Below, in pieces: positions 50,451 through 62,229 of a stretch of DNA of 64,000 bases (positions are counted from its first letter, which is position 1; each line of letters starts with the position of its first letter). This DNA comes from Takakia lepidozioides (taxonomy: Eukaryota > Plantae > Bryophyta). The stretch covers positions 11,532,001 through 11,596,000 of the forward strand of contig CM060732.1 of assembly GCA_030704615.1 (NCBI GenBank). Reading direction: 5' to 3'. The translations under genes and the position numbers were made by a program. The notes under the pieces are model-generated. The model saw only the letters and a list, made by a program, of their open reading frames with translations. It had not been told where the DNA came from and ran no database searches.

Positions 50451-52323
50451 CAGAACACAGTTGAAGAATGAGCAGAGAATATGGCGGAGGAAGCTCAGAC
50501 GACGACTGTGCATATTCTGTTATTCCTTCCAGATATGCAGCCGTCCATTTTAATTACTTTTCTTGTGGGCCCAGTGGTCAGAGTATCCTAGGAGCAATGT
50601 CGGCAGCTGTTAAACCGTTAATCAGAAACCTCATCAATAAACACAATAACAAGCCGACTTCCTGGAAGCATGCCACAGGATCTGAGGCTGGGATTGCAGA
50701 TTAAGTAAATGTATCTTTATACTACTACCAATGATCATGCGCACCTGGAAAGTTCAAAATGTGAAAACGAACGTGGGGTTGGCTAACAAGGATGACCGTG
50801 TATGATATCCCAAAATTTGTCATCAAACTCTCGTTCATTTACATATATTTGTAAGATTGTGCGCCAAGATTTCTGGGATTCGCTGTTATTTTTAAATATT
50901 GAAACCGTTCTAATAAAGAACACGCCGTTTATTTTGGGCGACACACGTCAGACATCGATAACTGAATACGAACAGCTGTACACTAATTGCTGGCATGTGC
51001 ACTAATAAGGGAACACTATGTGTAACGGTCACGCGAGAGGGAATCCGATGCTTCTAGAGACAAGCAACAACGCACGCAATCCCGCAAGAAATCGGGAGTC
51101 ACTTCGTTTTTCTACTTTTCGCGCTTAGAGGGAGAGTGGTAGTCAAGCTGGAGAGGGTTCCTTCTACAATACGAAAGAGAAGAAAGTCTCTTTATTTTAC
51201 TTCCCTTAGAGAGAGACGCAGAGCAAGAGAGCAAATGACGAGGCGTCGTTTGTTGGAGAGGGCCAAGGCAGCAGGTGAACGCGGAGACTGATTCACAAGA
51301 GCAGACAAAGACTGAGGCAGCGGCTGTGACACAGTCGGCGATAAGTGCGCGTGGAAACCAGCCTGTGGATGCAGAGATGACTCGCAGGGAAACTGAAGGA
51401 GGTGGAAGTACGAGGAACGCTAAAACCGGGAGAAGGTCCAGAAACCCTAGAGCAGACAGAAATTCCAGCAGATGTGAGAGGGAAGAGGAAAGCTGCAGAA
51501 GGGGATCCCATTTCAAAACCTAAGAAGGCGCCAGTAAGTTTTCTCTAACTTACATTTCATTGTTGAAGATCTGCATAGAGATTGAGTGGAATGTCCCAGA
51601 AAGGGATTGTCGCTACCGACCATCACCATGAAACAACGGTGATTTGCTTTCTACTCCTCTGTTAAGGGTTTATAGCACAATGAGTGGGGTGACTGACGGT
51701 ACCATTCACTGTTGTTCAGATCATACAGTCTGTCTGATTGCCTTTCAAGCAGTCCTTCCTCTTCCCTTCTTTAGCAGAAACATGTGATTGAAGTCTACTG
51801 AATTGCGAGCGTCGTTAACGCCATTCGATTCCTCATGAGATTTATGTACCTATGTGTTTGAAGAGAGAGTGAGGGTCGACATATTCAGTCATAATGTATT
51901 GCAATGCATTTTCTTTGTTTGAGGTTGAACAGATAGAGAAGTGGAAAGGCGGTACCGCCAATCAAAGATTTGAAGACCATACTGTAGATTCAGGCATAGT
52001 ATCGATTGGAAAGTACTCTCGACATAGACAAGAAACAGTGAATGCTTGCGACGTTCATCACAATGGAGTCAATCTGAATAATCTGCACTTACTGTCCGCC
52101 CTAAACTATACTGAATGTCGTTGCCGCAATCACTTACACACATATGTCATTGCACAACACCGATCCGGCAGGTCCCGTCTTTTGTGATTGTCGTTAACGC
52201 CGTTCGCTCTTGCTCAAAACCTTTCTGTTCCTGTGTCCCTAGAATCATAGTGTTTTGTTTTGAATTCGGCAGGATCAACTTTGCTTGTGTAGATGGTTCT
52301 GAATTTGTTTCACACCATTCATT

Positions 52324-55300
52324 GTGACAGTTTCGTCGAGACAGAGTGATGGTCGTTACCGCCGTTCACTATTTGCACATTACTCAGTCAGATTTGAATG
52401 GCATCGTGCAGAAAACTGTGAGGTCCAAGCCTACAGGATCAGAGGGAAAGGATCTGGAGATGGGGACGAGTCTGGAAAAAGCTCAGAGAATAACGATGAA
52501 GCAGATGAATCTGAAGTGCACTACCTTGACAAGGTGAAAGAACTCATGTCATTCCAGAAGGTAAACTCTGAGGAGGTTATAAGGGACATGCTCGTATCTG
52601 GAGGGCGTCTGGACATCCCTCTGTGCCGGATGATATCAATGCCTGTTGTGCGTCCACCTCTTTCCCATGACATAACAAAATTGGAGAGTGATTTTGTGCA
52701 TGGATATAGACTTGGTGCACAAGTTTTTTATGTGTCACTGACGGATATAAATGGGAAAAGCACATTAGTGTCTCCAGAGATCAGTGATAACTGGGATGAG
52801 TGCTGGAAAGATGCCAATGAGGAGTTCGAGCTGGGCCTCATGATGGGAAAGAACACCCAACAATTCTGCAACCACATGTTACGTCTGGGACGGCAACCAC
52901 CGATTGCTGGCATGGATGGGATACATTCAGAAACACCATGCGAAAGACAAAGACAAGCATGTTGCTGTGGAGGCAATGGTTTTGGATCCAGGAAACGACA
53001 TCGCTAGCTTCTTACAGCTATGCACGACGTGAACAAGTAAGTCATCCAGAGATTTCATTCCCTCTGTAGTGTCTTATTAATCCCAAAAAACAGTGTTAAG
53101 GAATGCAATGTTTCAATGTTTTTGCAGATCGACAGAGAAATCGCATGTGACAACAAGCTTGGTCCACACACTATTCCGAATTCAGAGGATTGGTCTGATG
53201 AAGCTGGATGATTTTCGGACAGTACTCCCCCCCAATATAATCAAGAAGTGCGAAACAGGAAGAGCTGCAGGGTATTCTTTGACGACTCGAGAGGCGTTTC
53301 TGGAGTACATGTATGCGTAAGCCCGAGTCTGTACTCATTTACTTTTCGAATACATGTTTGTAGTCCCTTCGGTGCTAATCACTACTTGAATCAATGCAGC
53401 AAGAACTGGCAGAGGCAGCTGAGAAGGGAAAATCCGAATATTACCGCACTACACCAGAGGAACTAAGGACATCAAAGGGTGTGGAAGCAGCAATAAAAAA
53501 GGAGTTTGAAATGCGAAGAACCAAATTGATGTCCGCCTTCGGAAAGCAGCTTAGAATAGTAGATCTGGACTTGGTTCTGAGTTCCTTCAGCAGATCAAAT
53601 CTCACTATGACAAGCATGTGCATCCGGAGATGCAGCAGGAGAAATTGCACCGGCTGGCCATATCCATGGTCGACCCACAAACAAAAATAAGGTGGCTGGA
53701 GATATGGAACTCAGATCAGACAGTAAAGGACTTGAATCAGTTTCCCAAAGAGCACCATACAGCCTGACACAAAGGTGGAAGGAATCAGTGATTTGGTGTT
53801 TGATAACTGGCTCCACAAGGCTACATTTTGGAGTCAGGTGGTATTCAAATAAGCTGTTTTCTTTTATTATGTGATGAGTATCTTATTTGCAATACTGACA
53901 AATATACAATTTGCAGCTCGAAAAGTGCGCCGTCATTGTGCTGGATCAGACTTTGAAGGACTTGAACATTTCGATTGTTTCCCCTCCCCAAATGTCATTG
54001 GAGGCATACATAAGGAAGTGGAGAGGTCTCACCTGGAGATACTATTTTTTTCGGGAGTTCTCCAAAGATGGTAACATTTTACGGTCCAACGACTTTGACA
54101 GTCAGGTTGGAGGAGAGTGGGCCATGATGCGAGTTTGTGTACAGGTGCAATATCATACTGGAAACTCTACTGCACTTTTTGGGAAATAATTTGGCTTCAT
54201 AAGGATTGTAATCATAGATCCAAATTGAATGTCGTTGACGACATTCACTTCTTTGTCTGAGTCATTCTTAAGCGAGAATTTGAATTCACCTGGATTAGGA
54301 GCTTAGGTGTAATTAGAGTGTCCCAGATTAGAATTGATAATGTCCCTGAATGGCGTTGACGACATTCACATCCAGAGTTGTTAAGAGGTCCTCAGAGTTA
54401 TGTAAGTTTTTTTGTAATGTCCATAGAGTTTACAGTGAGGGTTCCTCACTTCAGTTTGCTGAATGTCAATGCAGACATTCAGTTGTTCTGCATGCTTTTG
54501 CCTCTTGCGAGAAATCTTGAGGCTTGATTAGCTGTGTTATCAGAGATCCAAAGTGAATGTCGTTGACGACATTCACTTCTATGTCTGTGTCATTCCCAGC
54601 GACAATTTGAATTTACATGGATTAGGAGTTTAGGGTGTATTAATTGGTTCATTGTTCGGAATTTTGTGAATGGCGTTGACGCCATTCACATCCAATGTTA
54701 TTATGAGGTCCTCTATGTTATGTTCGTTATAAATGTCCATTGAGTTTTTAGGGAGGGTTCCTTACTCAAGTTTCTGAATGTCGTTGCCGACATTCAGTTT
54801 CCATCCAATGATTTTGCCTCTTTTGAGAATCATTATAGGCTTGATTAGCAGTGTATTCACAAATCCAAAGTGAATGTCGTTGACGACATTCACTTCTATG
54901 TCTGTGTCATTCCAAAGCGAGAGTTTGCATTCACGTGGATCAGGGTGTATTTACAGTATCATTGAATGGAATTTTTTGAATGGCGTTGACGACATTCACA
55001 TCCGGAGCTGTCGCCTGGTCCTGAAAGGTCCTTGGAGCAGTTCGTAGAGCCATTTCATTCCATGTTTTTTTCATTCGGTGCTACTTGCATCTTACTCATT
55101 TCGCGCTTTGGTGGGTTGGGATTTATCTCCTGTTTAACAGGTACACGAAATATGTGCTTATGGAAGGAAATCACCTGAGCGGTATTCCAGACTATCTTTG
55201 ACATGTGGTCGGACCCTGCAAACGATCCAACCATGTATACTGCAGGGATATTGAAGGACTGGAGTCCTTCTCACTTCAGAGACTGTGGCTGGTACCTTGA

Positions 55301-56240
55301 CTGCCCACCGGAGCACACGACCTTTCAAGACACACATGAAATATTTGAACAATAATGTTGAGATGCTGGCGCCTCTGACTGACAAAGAGTACCAAAGAAA
55401 CATAGCAACATTGGCTGCCAAGGAGCCTGATGCTCAGGGAACGCCGCAGAAGGGAAAGAAGGCAGGCCGCAAACCAAAAGACAAGGCTCTTGATGTCATA
55501 GCCATCTCACCAGCAAAGCCAAAGGTCAAAGACAAGTCCAAAGAGAAGGAAAAGGACAAGGGGAAGGAGAAAGAAAATGAGATGGAGAGTGGGCAGGACT
55601 TCCCTGCTGGAAGATATACCCGCACAGTTCAGTGCGTGTTCGATGCCAAGCCACACCCTTCCCGTTCTGATTCGGCAGGAGAGATTAAAATTGTCAATGA
55701 GGGTTGGCTGGCGATGATGCAGAGTCGAAAGAGAGATACACTGGGGTGCCTTCGCCTACCTGGGACAACATAATCTCATTCCTCAATCTGGTGGAGATTC
55801 CAGTTTCTTTCTTTTTCTCTGAAAGTTTCATTGGCAGTATTTCAGTCTGGTTCTTTGAAAACATTCTTGCCATCGTTCTTAAAATAAACATGTCTGTTGC
55901 AGGTGAGCACAGGTTCCACCTTCGTGTGCGGTGTGCAGAAAATATATGCGGCTGACATTGTCATTCTCAACATCCCGGATGGCCAGGCTGTGCCAGAAGT
56001 TCTTCCAAAGGGCAAGACGCCAGGCTGGAACAAATTCGAGGACAACTACTGGAGTTGGGTGTTCGGGTTCTGTAATAATTTCCTCTCTGAAGATGCAAGG
56101 AACTTCTGCTTTTTTCAGTCATGTGACAATGATAGTCGTCGGGCATTGGCATCATACCTGAAGTCTTCAAGATTGAAGTTTTGCGCACAGGAATTGTGTG
56201 AACGCCTCACCTTGTGAAAGGGGGTTTCCCTGGTCAGCTG
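52324..56240 (+). pseudogene. Spliced ParB/Srx-domain gene with C-terminal amino-methyltransferase-like segment, copy B (5' exons may extend to ~51275; cut by the LTR insertion)
   Basis: IPLCRMISMPVVRP...YVWDGNHRLLAW (52880-52915)...AMHDVNK; Lys-rich linker 55440-55580; ADIVILNIPDG...GWNK...FCNNFLSEDA (55948-56100); GT-AG introns. Confidence 0.65.
54217..55000. repeat. About 2.5 tandem ~320-bp units carrying eight palindromes TGAATGTCG-TTGA-CGACATTCA (copy B type), intronic
   Basis: 54226-54247, 54347-54368, 54460-54481, 54551-54578, 54665-54690, 54774-54797, 54868-54895, 54977-54998; degenerate copies also at ~51600-52370. Confidence 0.9.
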
Positions 56241-57997
56241 GTATGTCGTCTCTGTCAAGTTATTTTACCACTAGTGTGAAACTAGCTAGGAAATAGCTAG
56301 CTTTTACATATTGACATTTGGGATTGGCCCAAGTGTCAATCCAGGGGTCAAGGCAGATTTAGGCCCTGGAGTGGTTATCTTCACGGCAAGCGCGGAAGGC
56401 TCATCTTTCTCGAGTTGAGCCTCACCGCGCCTAGCTATGGCGCCGTAGTGTGGATTCCCCATGGCGTGGGGTGCACTTGGCTTGACTTGTATTTGAGTGA
56501 TGAGGTTATATATGCATGAGTTTATGCTTCAGCTTTGTGAGCTGTGCTTGTATTCTTCTTCTTTATCACTCGAGAAAGATGAGCTCGTATCTGTGAGTGC
56601 CAGATACGAGTTAGTTGTAGCACTTGTGGTTTTTGCTTGAGAATGAGAGAAACCAAGTTGTTATGCAAGGAGCACCGTGGAGCTCTTGGTTGTTAGAAGC
56701 GGAGGCGATGTGGGTTACGAGGTGGTAACCTTGGCATTCGATCTTCAGCTTCAGAGATGAAAGCACCATGCTGCAGGTAATTCCAGAGCACCTTGATGGT
56801 TTCAGATTGTGTACATGCATGAGCAAGCACGATTGGGAAGAGGACCAGTCAAGAGCAGGTTATAGTGGCTTTGGTGGCAAAGCTGAGAACTGGACTTGGG
56901 AATGCGAGCTTTCATTGTGTGAAGGATTGCAAGACCAAGCGAAAGGGCTGATTTGGCTTGGGGCAAATCAGTGCACTTGTGGAGTATGGTGAGATTGGGT
57001 TTCAATCTCGAGCTTCAGCATTGAGAGGGCTCTTGTCATGGCAAGAGCAGGCTGGAACAGGAGCTAAGAGGTGCGGCAAGGCCATGGAATGTGCACCTAG
57101 GGTTTCAGAGCTTGGAAGAAGAGCTCTTGCACCACAAGAGAAGTGTCTTGTGGCTGGAAATGTAAGCCTTAGGTTTCAGGAGCTTGGCAAAGGCTGTGGA
57201 GTGCTTAGTCTTGTCTTAGAGAGCATCAAGGAGCCAAGGAGCCAAGATAGGGGGCTGATATCTCTTGTGTGAAGAGGTTGCATGTGTGGAGCATGTATTC
57301 AGCTCATTGAAGCTTCCATCTTCAAGCTTGGAGGGCAAGCAAGGAAGAGGGAAGGGCTGACTTCCCTTATGTGAGGGCAATGCATGTGTGGAGCATGCTA
57401 TCAGCCTGATGAAGGCTTGCACTTTCAGGTTGTGGGGTGCAAGAAATGAAGCAAAGGAGCTGATTTCTTATGGTGAGAGTGGGCATGTGTGGAGCATGCC
57501 TTCAGCCCATTGAGGCTCTTGTTTTCAAGCTTTAGAGCTAGAACGGAAGGTCTAGGGCTGGTTCCACTTGGAGTGAAGAAAACACTTGTAGGGCCTATGT
57601 GAGTTGGGGTTTCAACTTCAAGCTTGAAGGGAGCGCAACTCTTGAAGCACAGGTGTAGGGGCTGGAATAGGCTCTAAGACAGATGCTATGGCCAAGGAGA
57701 GTGCTTGAATGAGTGCTCACAAGGGCTGGGAACCAGCAGGGCTTGGTTGTTTGCCATTGAGTTTAGTGGCGTGTTTGGGGAGGCTAAGTGAGAAAGAAGG
57801 CTTGGTTTGTGGCAACCACCTCATGGCTTAGGGCTACTATGGTGGTGTGGGGAGCCGAAAGAGCAAGAATACCTTGCTGATTTCCTCACAGCCACCATAG
57901 CTCGGTGGAAAGAAGCCTAGAGTCCAAGAGACACAAACCCTAGCTTGGCGTGGCTAAACCCCTTGGAGAAATGGCTAAACTGCCAGAGCGGCCAATG

Positions 57998-58620
57998 GGG
58001 GCTGTGACGGCTGTGATGATGGCTGTGACTGTGCAGGCCTTTGGGGCTGTGGGCTGTGAGGCTGTGCCTGAGGCCTGTGGGGCTGTGACGGGCTGTGAGG
58101 GCTGTGTGATGTGTGACAGGCTGATGTGGCTGTGCCCATGGCCTTGGGGCTGTGAGGGGCTGTGAGGGGCTGTGGCCGTGCCTGGGCCTTTGGGGCCTGT
58201 TGTGACGGCTGTGAGGGGCTGTGCCTGTGTGGCCTGCTGTGTGTTTGTGACCTGTGCTGTGTGGGCTGTGTGTGACGGGCTGGCTTGTGTGGAGGGGCTG
58301 TGGCTGTGTGCCTGTGGGGCTGTGGTGTGACCTGTTGTGTGGGCTGATGTGCCCATGGCCTTTGGGGCTGTGATGGGCTGTGAGGGGCTGTGACAGGCCG
58401 TGCCTGAGGCCTTTGGGCTGTGACGGGCCTTGTGAGGGGGGCTGTGAGGCCAACAATGGCGGGGCTGTGAGGGCTGTGTGGTTTGGGGCTGTGACGGGCT
58501 GTGTGCAGGGGCCTGGGGCTGTGAGGGCCTGTGACTGCTGTGCTGTGTATGTGTGTGTGACCTGAGGGGCCAGGCTGTGACTGTGATGTGGTGAGCTGTG
58601 TGGGCCTGTGCTGGTCTGTG
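57998..58620 (+). repeat. Degenerate GGGCTGTGA minisatellite in the putative LTR
   Basis: Dozens of ggctgtg/gcctgtg units. Confidence 0.85.
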
Positions 58621-59489
58621 GTGGCCCGTGTTGACCTGTGGACGGCCTGTGCTGACTCGTGGAGGCACTGGTGGACTGCCTAAGGACTGGCATGTGGTCT
58701 GAAGGCCGAATTTTGAAGCTCGTGGAGGGCGGTTTGAGGAGTATCTTCATGATATTCCCATGGTCATGCAAGTGAGGAAGAGAGGAGAGGAAGAGTGTTG
58801 GGATGAGGGCATGCTGGGGTTAGGCATTGCTTTAGCTTCTCTTCCTCGTAGTTTCCACCCTCTCATTAGGCCAAGACCTTTCCGTAGGTGGAGGCAAGAG
58901 TCAGTCCGGTTTGGGCTGGGGTGTCCTTGCAGGAGCAACACCGTGGAGTTGTTTTTGGTGTGGGGGAGTTGTCGTTCTGATTTCTTGTGTTTGGATCCCC
59001 TCCATACCTGCATGCTTGACTGTGCGCCATGCTAGTTTTGTGTGGGCGCTTGTTTTTATAGGTGATTGGTCCGGATTTGATCACCGGCCAGTCCTAGAGC
59101 ATGCTGTCGATGGTGAGGCTGGGGTGACCAGCCAGACCATCATTGTTTCTCCTGTGGTGAGGTTGGAGGTGATGACCAGCCAACCATAGGAGTGCTTGCG
59201 GTGGATGCAGGTACAGGTGTAGGCTATGTTAGGAACTTAGTATTCCAAACCATAAGCCGCAACAGGTTCTCTACCCGGTTACCTTGTGGAGAGGGGGTTA
59301 GGGACATGTTCATGACCGGTTGAGTGTCAACACGGAGGTGCCACTAGTTGCTGGGGACAGTGCCGGTTCGAGCACTAGCGATACTAGTGGGTACACGAGA
59401 CGAGGTGTGCGGTTTAGGCCACCTTCACCTCCTGTGTCTTCCACGGAAGGTTCTGATTCGGATTGTGAATCAGAGGACTCATACCGGCG

Positions 59490-61000
59490 GTGCAAGTTGT
59501 TTCTTTGCCATTGTTGTGGGACACAATGGAGGAGATGTATGGAGCTACCAAGGGGCCACGAAGGTACTCTGGGGCGGTGGGCACCATCGAGTTGGATGAT
59601 TTTATCCAAGAGTTTGATAGTTGGTGTGATTTGCAGCAAATGCGCAATCCACAACTATTTACGCCGTTCATGGCATGGAAGGGCTGTTTCAGCACCTTGA
59701 GGGGCCGCCTATGGATGATTACCATGAGTTCAGGCGGGGGCATGAGGTTGAGATCGAGGAGTGGAGGATGTACTGGTCACCCGACTATGTCTCCATCACT
59801 AGGGGCACTAGAGCCACGAGGGCAGTGGCTACACCTGCCGCTGCACCGGCAGCTTCAGCAAGTAGTAGGGGACAGTGGACTGGTGGTACAGTAGCTACGA
59901 CGTCCACCCAAGCCACTACCGCACCAGCACTAGTACCCGTGCCTGCCTTCAACCCTGTTGTGGAGTTCTTCGAAGAGTTGAGAGGAACTACCAAGGGGTG
60001 AGGACAGAAAGTTGCGGAGCTTGCAAGAGTTCCAACGGAAGCCGACCGAGAGCTTGAGGGAGGCTTTCACTCGCATGAGGCGCTTGATAAATGTAACCCA
60101 AGGGGTTACGGAAGCTCAGGCAGTCCAATTCTGGTATGGGATATTGGACAAGGAGCTGAGGAGAAGGGTGCGGGATGCAACTCTCCTACAAGCGGCCCAA
60201 CCCACCTTAGCAAATGTGTTTTTGCTGGCAGAGCGGATAGAGCTCAACATGGTGGAGGAACGAGTGGTCATGGTGGGATTTGCTAAGGAGACACCACGGG
60301 TAGTGGTGCTCCTAGCCAACCACTACCTCAACGTGCTCAAGGCAACAAGGGGGCTCAGGTGAAGCTCAGGGAAGGGCAGAGAGGACCTCAGATGCAGGGG
60401 TCTCTCCCTTCATTTGCTGGCCAACAACGGGCGGATGTGGTGTGCTGGACATGTGGAGGACCCCATGTCAAGAAGGATTGCCCAGAGGGAGGCAAAGGGC
60501 GGCACATGCACAGCCTGCACAGTTGCAGTGTGGGCATTGTGGCAAGCACGGGCATGGAGAGGCCCAGTGTTATGGTTTGCATCCTGAGTTGCGCCCAGGC
60601 CAGTTCCAAGGGAACAATGGTGGCCGGGGGCGAGGTGGAGCAGCCCCAGAGAGGACGAGGTGGCCAGCCACGAGGTGCAGGCCAAGGGCAAGCTCAACAT
60701 GGCCAAGGACGCGGAGGTCAGGGTGTTGACCAAGGCATGGCCAACCGGCTTCAGCAGCTAGAGCAGAGGCTCGCTGCCATGGCTACAGCTCAGGTGGTAC
60801 CGGCTCTAAGGCCGGATGGTCCACCTCCTGCTCCTGAGGGAGGAGATATGGGAGGCATGGGATTCATGTGTGGAGCAGCACTACCACTAGTGCAGGTGGA
60901 GTCTGCTGCAGCCGTGACTCGAGGAGCAGCACGAGTTCCTGAGCCACGATGCAGAGGTGGAGTTGGATCCACAGCGTGGGGAGGCAAGCCGTCAGGCTAG
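59490..61000 (+). pseudogene. gag (frameshifted)
   Basis: ELDDFIQEFDSWC; LQEFQRKPTESLREAFTRMRRL...QFWYGILDKELRRRV; knuckles CWTCGGPHVKKDC and CGHCGKHGHGEAQC. Confidence 0.8.
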
Positions 61001-61499
61001 GCTTCCTCAGTCATTCACATTGGCGGAGACAGTGTCGACGCCATCCATGGCACCTAGTTCTCGCCCGACTGTTACCGAGGCGGAGGTTACTATGCCATTG
61101 GGGAGAGCTACACGGGTAGCACCACTACCTAGTGTTGCCAAGGCTACGGCAGCTAGTGTGCTGCTAGGAGCGGCCACATCTGTGTGCCAGGCTCCATTGT
61201 TCTCGGCTACCATGATTGCGACGCCGGGGGTAAGACCAGCTGAGGTGTTCAGGCTGGCAGCTACACTCTGTGAGAGTGGGGAGGTTACTTCATCTTCTGC
61301 GGAGATAGTGGAGGTGTAGTGCCGGAGGGATCCTCGGATTTGAGGGTCAAGACTGCCACGGCGGCGCCATGGCAAGCTGCAGCTGCCAGGTTGATGGAGC
61401 TGCCAGCTAGGCCCAGCCATTGAGCGCGCCATGGTGACACCTGGAGTTGTCATGTTAGACAACCAGGATGGCATTTTCTGTTTGAGTGGACCGGCAGGC

Positions 61500-61880
61500 A
61501 AGAGGTACCGGCCACTGCGGGTCTTGTTGGACTCGGAGCTCAGCCACTGATGCTGGGCAGAGCTGCTATTGCAGGCTTGGGCCTCACGGAGGCGGATATG
61601 GAGCCTTGTCCTTTCCAGATACAGACGTCTCTGGGAGGATCGGAGCAGGCTCGGGGCATGACACGGCGTGAGTTGGCTATCAGACTACGGCCGGATCACC
61701 CTACAGATGGCTCAGTGATGCGAGCCAAGGCCATTGTGACAGACGCGGTCTCATACGATGTCCTGGTTGGTGGGGCAGTGTTGTACCCCATGGGCTTCAC
61801 CCTGGATTTTTGGGAGGAGTCAGCTTCCTATAGGCCTGCATGGCAGTCAGGGGAGGGCCGGCATGTGCAGCTCCCTGTGA
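61500..61880 (+). pseudogene. Retroviral-type aspartic protease
   Basis: RPLRVLLDS(G)AQPLMLG (frameshift at the motif) ... YDVLVGGAVL. Confidence 0.75.
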
Positions 61881-62229
61881 CGTTCATAGGAGGAGTTGCG
61901 GTTGCCCAGCGAGGCAAGATGCCGACACTAGCAGCATTCACAGCGGCAGTGAGTTGGCCTAGAGAGTTGCTTGAGGCAATGCTCATTCAGAGGATGTACC
62001 ACCTCCGGGAGAGCAGGATGACATGTATGGTATGGCGGAGTTGCCTACCATGGTTGCTCAGACTCCATTGTGGGGCACGAGCAAGGATTTGCAGCGGGAT
62101 GCTGATCGACGGGTGCAACAAGCCTGGGTGGAGGCTTTTGTACCGTCAGGAGAGGAGGAGAGTGCGGGGATTGCACCAGGACCACCTCAGTTTGTCTCCA
62201 TTGGACACCACACCTATTGTGTGGCAGTA

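Noticed and set aside
54217-55000. CRISPR-like array of palindromes
   Set aside because: Intervening sequences are themselves repeated with ~320-bp period, not unique spacers
57917-58771. Long His/Ser/Pro-rich ORFs on the minus strand
   Set aside because: By-product of the stop-poor GCTGTG minisatellite
59265-59280. PBS of the DNMT retroelement (GGTTCTCTACCCGG)
   Set aside because: No TGG start and no tRNA match recognised; LTR boundary unverified without the 3' LTR
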